From: Pseudomonadota bacterium
GTDB taxonomy: Bacteria > Pseudomonadota > Alphaproteobacteria > Caulobacterales > Caulobacteraceae
NCBI GenBank assembly: GCA_040757715.1
Contig: JBFLWS010000004.1
Span: 62,959 to 126,958 of the forward strand
Length of the DNA stretch: 64,000 bases
Reading direction: 5' to 3'
The position numbers were made by a program, and so were the translations under genes. Below, one piece after another: positions 60,880-64,000 of the stretch (position 1 is the stretch's first letter; every line of letters starts with the position of its first letter). Below the pieces are notes generated by a model, which ran no database searches, was not told the origin of the DNA, and saw nothing but the letters and a program-made list of their open reading frames with translations.

Positions 60880-61501
60880 TCCGTCCGGACGGATCGCTGC
60901 GGCTCTCCATCAGCCGCGCGTCGAACCGCCACTGCCGGGCCGCTTCCTCGAGCTCGGCCGCCGCGTTGCTCCCCTTCAGGAACAGACCCACGGCGCCCTT
61001 GCGCATGAAGGGCGCAACATAGCCCAGCAGGCGCGGGAAAGGAGCGCAGGCGCGGGCCGTAACCACCTCCACTGGGGATAAGTCGAGGATTTCTGCGCGG
61101 GCGTTGTGGACAACAGCGGGGAGGCTGAGCGCGTCGGCCACCTCCTGCAAGAACCGGCAGCGCTTGGTCATGCTCTCGATCAGATGGACCTTGGCGCCCG
61201 GGACGCCTTTGAGGAAAATCGCCAGCACGAGACCGGGAAATCCGCCCCCCGCGCCCACGTCGGCCCAGGTCTTGGCCGCGGGCATGTGCTGCAACAGCTG
61301 CACGCTGTCGAGCACGTGCCGGCTCCAGAACTCGGCGAGCGCCGAGGGTCCGACCAGGTTCATCTGCTCGTTGCGGGCGGTGAGCAGCACGAGGTAAGCG
61401 TCGAGATCGGCCATCTGCTCCGGCGTCGCGCCCGTCAGGGCGGCGAACCCGGCGCGGTCGAGAATGGGGGCGGGGGCCAGAGCGGCGTCAGGCGGCGTCA
61501 T
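60848..61501 (-). CDS. rsmG: 16S rRNA (guanine527-N7)-methyltransferase
   Basis: ...WNEQMNLVG...WSRHVLDS...[11 protein letters not shown]... are GidB blocks. Start re-called at MTPPDAAL (61499-61501). Confidence 0.88.
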   Translation of the reverse strand: MTPPDAALAPAPILDRAGFAALTGATPEQMADLDAYLVLLTARNEQMNLVGPSALAEFWSRHVLDSVQLLQHMPAAKTWADVGAGGGFPGLVLAIFLKGVPGAKVHLIESMTKRCRFLQEVADALSLPAVVHNARAEILDLSPVEVVTARACAPFPRLLGYVAPFMRKGAVGLFLKGSNAAAELEEAARQWRFDARLMESRSDPSGRIVRLEKLSRV

Positions 61502-63365
61502 CGGCGCGCCTCCGCACATGGGCGAGGAGGGCGGTGAGCGCCCCGGGGGTCACCCCTTCGATGCGGCTCGCCTGGCCCAGTGTGGCGGGACGGATGCGAG
61601 CGAGCTTCTCCCGCGCCTCGTTGGACAGCCCGCCCACGGCGGCGAAGTCGAAATCGGCAGGCAGGCGCAGGTTCTCGTCGCGACGGAAGGCCTGCACATC
61701 AGCCTGTTGGCGATCGAGATAGCCGGCGTAGAGGGCGTCGATTTCAATCTGCTCACGAACCTCGGCCGGCCACGCGCGGAGCTCCGGCCAGCGCTCGGCC
61801 AGTCGGTCCAGGTCCGCCCCGGGGAAGGCCAACAGTTGGCTTAAAGTCCTACGGCGGCCGTCCGCGTTGATGGTGATCCCATAGGCGGCGGCCTCCTGCG
61901 GCAGGAGATTTAATTCCGCGGCCAGAAGTCGGGCCTTTTCAAGCGCCTCGGCTTTATTCCTATAGGCCAGCGCGCGCTCGTTCCCCACTAGACCCCAGCC
62001 AAGACCCAGCGGCGTCAAGCGCTGATCGGCGTTGTCCGAACGCAGGATCAGCCGGAACTCAGCCCGGCTGGTGAACATGCGGTAGGGCTCGGTGACCCCG
62101 CGGGTGACCAGGTCGTCGATCAGCACGCCGAGATAGGCCTGATCCCGCGCGATCTCGGCCGGGGCCTGGCCACCGGCGGCGCGGGCGGCGTTGAGCCCCG
62201 CCCACAGCCCCTGAGCGCCGGCCTCCTCATAGCCGGTGGTGCCGTTGATCTGGCCGGCGAGATAGAGCCCCGGCAGGCGCTTGGCCTGCAGGTCTGGGGT
62301 CAGTTCACGTGGATCGACATAGTCATATTCAATGGCGTAGCCGTGGCGCTTCACCCGCACCTGTTCGAGGCCCGGAATGGTGCGCAGGAACAGGTCCTGA
62401 GTTTCGGCCGACACCGAGGTGGAGATGCCGTTGGGATAGACGGTGTCGTCGTCATAGCCCTCGGGCTCCAGGAAAATCTGGTGCGAGGTCTTGTCGGCGA
62501 AGCGAACCACCTTGTCCTCGATGGACGGGCAATAGCGCGGCCCCACCCCCGACACCCGGCCGCCATAGACGGCGGACTCGCCCAGGCGCTCGGCGATGAT
62601 GCGGTGGGTCTCCGCCGTGGTGGTGGTGACGCCGCACTGAATCTGCGGCCGATCGATCGTGGCGTTGAGGAAGGAGAAGGGGACGGGGGTGGCGTCGCCA
62701 TCCTGCATCTCCAGGCGCTCCCAGGCGATGCTGGTCCCATCGAGGCGGGCGGGGGTGCCGGTCTTCAGCCGTCCCATGTGGAACTGAAGACCATAGAGCT
62801 GGTCGGAGAGGCCGATGGCCGGCGCCTCGCCATGGCGGCCGGCGGGGGTGCGCTCCTCACCGCGATGGATCACCCCCTTGAGGAAGGTGCCGGTGGTGAG
62901 CACCACGGCGCCGGCCCGGAAGGCGCGGCCATCGGCGGTCTCTACGCCCGCAACCCGGCCGCCCGTGATGATCAGGGCTTCAGCGGCGGCGGCCACGATG
63001 GTCAGGTTCGGCTGCTCGGCGAGCGCACGCTGCATCGCCCTTTTGTAGAGGGCGCGGTCGATCTGAGCCCGGGGGCCGCGCACGGCCGGGCCCTTGGAGC
63101 GGTTGAGCAGGCGGAACTGGCAGCCCGCCTGGTCGGCCAAGCGGCCCATGAGCCCGTCGAGCGCATCGATCTCGCGCACCAGATGGCCCTTACCGAGGCC
63201 GCCGATGGCCGGGTTGCAGGACATCTCGCCCAAGGTGTCCAGGCGATGGGTGAGGAGGAGGGTGCGCGCGCCGAGACGCGCCGCCGCCGCCGCGGCTTCA
63301 CAGCCTGCGTGTCCGCCGCCGATGACGATGACGTCGAAGGCCTGGCTCAAGGCGCGTGGTCTCAC
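61488..63365 (-). CDS. mnmG: tRNA uridine 5-carboxymethylaminomethyl modification enzyme MnmG (GidA)
   Basis: FAD motif [16 protein letters not shown], 625 aa. GTG start at 63363-63365. Confidence 0.95.
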   Translation of the reverse strand: MRPRALSQAFDVIVIGGGHAGCEAAAAAARLGARTLLLTHRLDTLGEMSCNPAIGGLGKGHLVREIDALDGLMGRLADQAGCQFRLLNRSKGPAVRGPRAQIDRALYKRAMQRALAEQPNLTIVAAAAEALIITGGRVAGVETADGRAFRAGAVVLTTGTFLKGVIHRGEERTPAGRHGEAPAIGLSDQLYGLQFHMGRLKTGTPARLDGTSIAWERLEMQDGDATPVPFSFLNATIDRPQIQCGVTTTTAETHRIIAERLGESAVYGGRVSGVGPRYCPSIEDKVVRFADKTSHQIFLEPEGYDDDTVYPNGISTSVSAETQDLFLRTIPGLEQVRVKRHGYAIEYDYVDPRELTPDLQAKRLPGLYLAGQINGTTGYEEAGAQGLWAGLNAARAAGGQAPAEIARDQAYLGVLIDDLVTRGVTEPYRMFTSRAEFRLILRSDNADQRLTPLGLGWGLVGNERALAYRNKAEALEKARLLAAELNLLPQEAAAYGITINADGRRRTLSQLLAFPGADLDRLAERWPELRAWPAEVREQIEIDALYAGYLDRQQADVQAFRRDENLRLPADFDFAAVGGLSNEAREKLARIRPATLGQASRIEGVTPGALTALLAHVRRRADDAA

Positions 63366-63421
63366 GTGGAAATTGGCCGGTGGTTCTACGGCAATCCGCC
63401 CGCGGGGTCGAGGGGCGCCGG

Positions 63422-63437
63422 TGTCTCACGTGAAACT
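63422..63437. promoter_or_regulatory. parS-like site TGTCTCACGTGAAACT (14 of 16 matches to the palindromic consensus)
   Basis: Compared by eye with the canonical ParB-binding parS TGTTNCACGTGAAACA. Lies in the mnmE-mnmG intergenic region. Confidence 0.65.
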
Positions 63438-63464
63438 TAGGAATGTCAGCGCAGGCCGCGCCGG

Positions 63465-63480
63465 TGTTTCACGTGAAACA
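63465..63480. promoter_or_regulatory. parS site TGTTTCACGTGAAACA (perfect 16-bp palindrome)
   Basis: Exact match to the canonical parS consensus. Abuts the mnmE stop codon (63482-63484). Confidence 0.85.
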
Positions 63481-63481
63481 C

Positions 63482-64000
63482 TCACTTGCCGAGACAGAAG
63501 CTGGCGAAGATCTGATCGAGAACCGCGTCGGGATCGATGCGCCCGGTGATTCGTTCCAGGGCCCGCGCCGCCAGGCGCACATCTTCGCCCGCGAGTTCGG
63601 CGTCGGCGGCGAGCCGGGCGAGGGCCCGGTCCAGGGACTGCACCGCCCCGGCGAGGGCGTCTCGGTGCCGAAGGCGCGTGGAGCCGGGAAACTCCGCGCC
63701 CGATAATCTTTCGGCCACGTGCGACGCCAGCGTCGTCTGCAGTCTAGCGACGTCAGCAAGATTCAAGGCGCTGAGCCGCTCGGTGCGCCAAGCTTGAGCC
63801 TCTGCTTCAGTTAATGAGGCTGAAGCCGCCGCGCCGGGCGAAAGATCGGCCTTGTTCAGCACCAGCCAATCGCTGGGGCGTATCAGGCCCTCCGGCGGAT
63901 GTTCCACGTGAAACATCGACCCATCCACCACCCAGAGCCGGAGGTCAGCGCTTTCCGCCCAGGCCCGCGCCCGGCGCACCCCCTCCTGCTCGATGGGGTC
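63482..64000 (-). CDS. mnmE: tRNA modification GTPase MnmE (TrmE), 3' part; 5' end lies outside the window
   Basis: The C-terminus ...LDQIFASFCLGK is the MnmE signature. The frame stays open to the window edge (...DPIEQEGVRRARAW...). Confidence 0.88.
   Translation of the reverse strand, partial: DPIEQEGVRRARAWAESADLRLWVVDGSMFHVEHPPEGLIRPSDWLVLNKADLSPGAAASASLTEAEAQAWRTERLSALNLADVARLQTTLASHVAERLSGAEFPGSTRLRHRDALAGAVQSLDRALARLAADAELAGEDVRLAARALERITGRIDPDAVLDQIFASFCLGK
63900..63915. promoter_or_regulatory. parS site TGTTCCACGTGAAACA embedded in the mnmE coding sequence
   Basis: 16 of 16 match to TGTTNCACGTGAAACA. Read on the minus strand it encodes the MFHVEH stretch of MnmE. Confidence 0.8.

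Noticed and set aside
63358-63373. Fourth parS-like sequence GGTCTCACGTGGAAAT overlapping the mnmG start codon.
   Set aside because: Only about 11 of 16 positions match the consensus and the right arm is degenerate. It is mentioned in the parS finding but is not called as a site. Other CACGTG hexamers in the window (for example near 16810, 50700 and 59670) lack the flanking arms.
63366-63481. Possibility that the parAB-rsmG-mnmG-mnmE end of the window contains oriC.
   Set aside because: I saw no cluster of DnaA boxes (TTATCCACA or its complement) and no AT-rich unwinding element. Only isolated partial matches occur (for example GGTGGATAC near 21074). The intergenic region is 116 bp and is occupied by parS sites.

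Overview
This is a 64-kb, high-GC chromosomal segment (roughly two-thirds G+C by eye) whose gene content and order look alphaproteobacterial, probably Rhizobiales. It holds about 60 tightly packed genes, and most are housekeeping. They include: a long minus-strand lipid A/Kdo operon (msbA-like, DUF374, waaA, lpxK); acs, pyrF, argF-argD, cysS, recF, yebC, tldD, gshA and rsmE; an M13 peptidase; an ABC system with a duplicated permease; mutM, ubiE-ubiB, purA, serA-serC, thiD, grpE-hrcA, rph, rdgB-hemW, glnD, mutS, yraN-rsmI and nth. The window ends in the partition cluster parB-parA-rsmG-mnmG-mnmE, which carries three good parS palindromes. I found no rRNA or tRNA gene, CRISPR array, IS element, integrase or recognisable defence system, and I cannot support a confident novel multi-gene system here. 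The leads worth a second look are small and local. (1) A ~225-bp low-GC, AT-codon patch sits in frame inside cysS. (2) Two signal-peptide proteins have extreme composition: a Gly/Pro/Tyr-rich one with a Cys/His tail, and an Arg/Tyr/Asp/Trp-rich miniprotein. (3) A lower-GC gap upstream of recF holds a strongly Shine-Dalgarno-led 35-aa hydrophobic peptide convergent with an 83-aa Gly/Ala/Val-rich membrane protein. (4) A lower-GC islet at about 19.2-21.6 kb contains an orphan ORF, a Kdo-hydroxylase-like gene, an HTH-only repressor-like gene and a 565-bp AT-rich spacer with 16-bp direct repeats and decayed ORFs. (5) An XRE/DUF2975 cassette lies on the opposite strand between rph and rdgB. The many long ORFs antisense to real genes are treated as high-GC artefacts. 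Coordinates of re-called starts were checked by hand against the sequence. All product calls rest on motif and family recognition only, since no searches were run.
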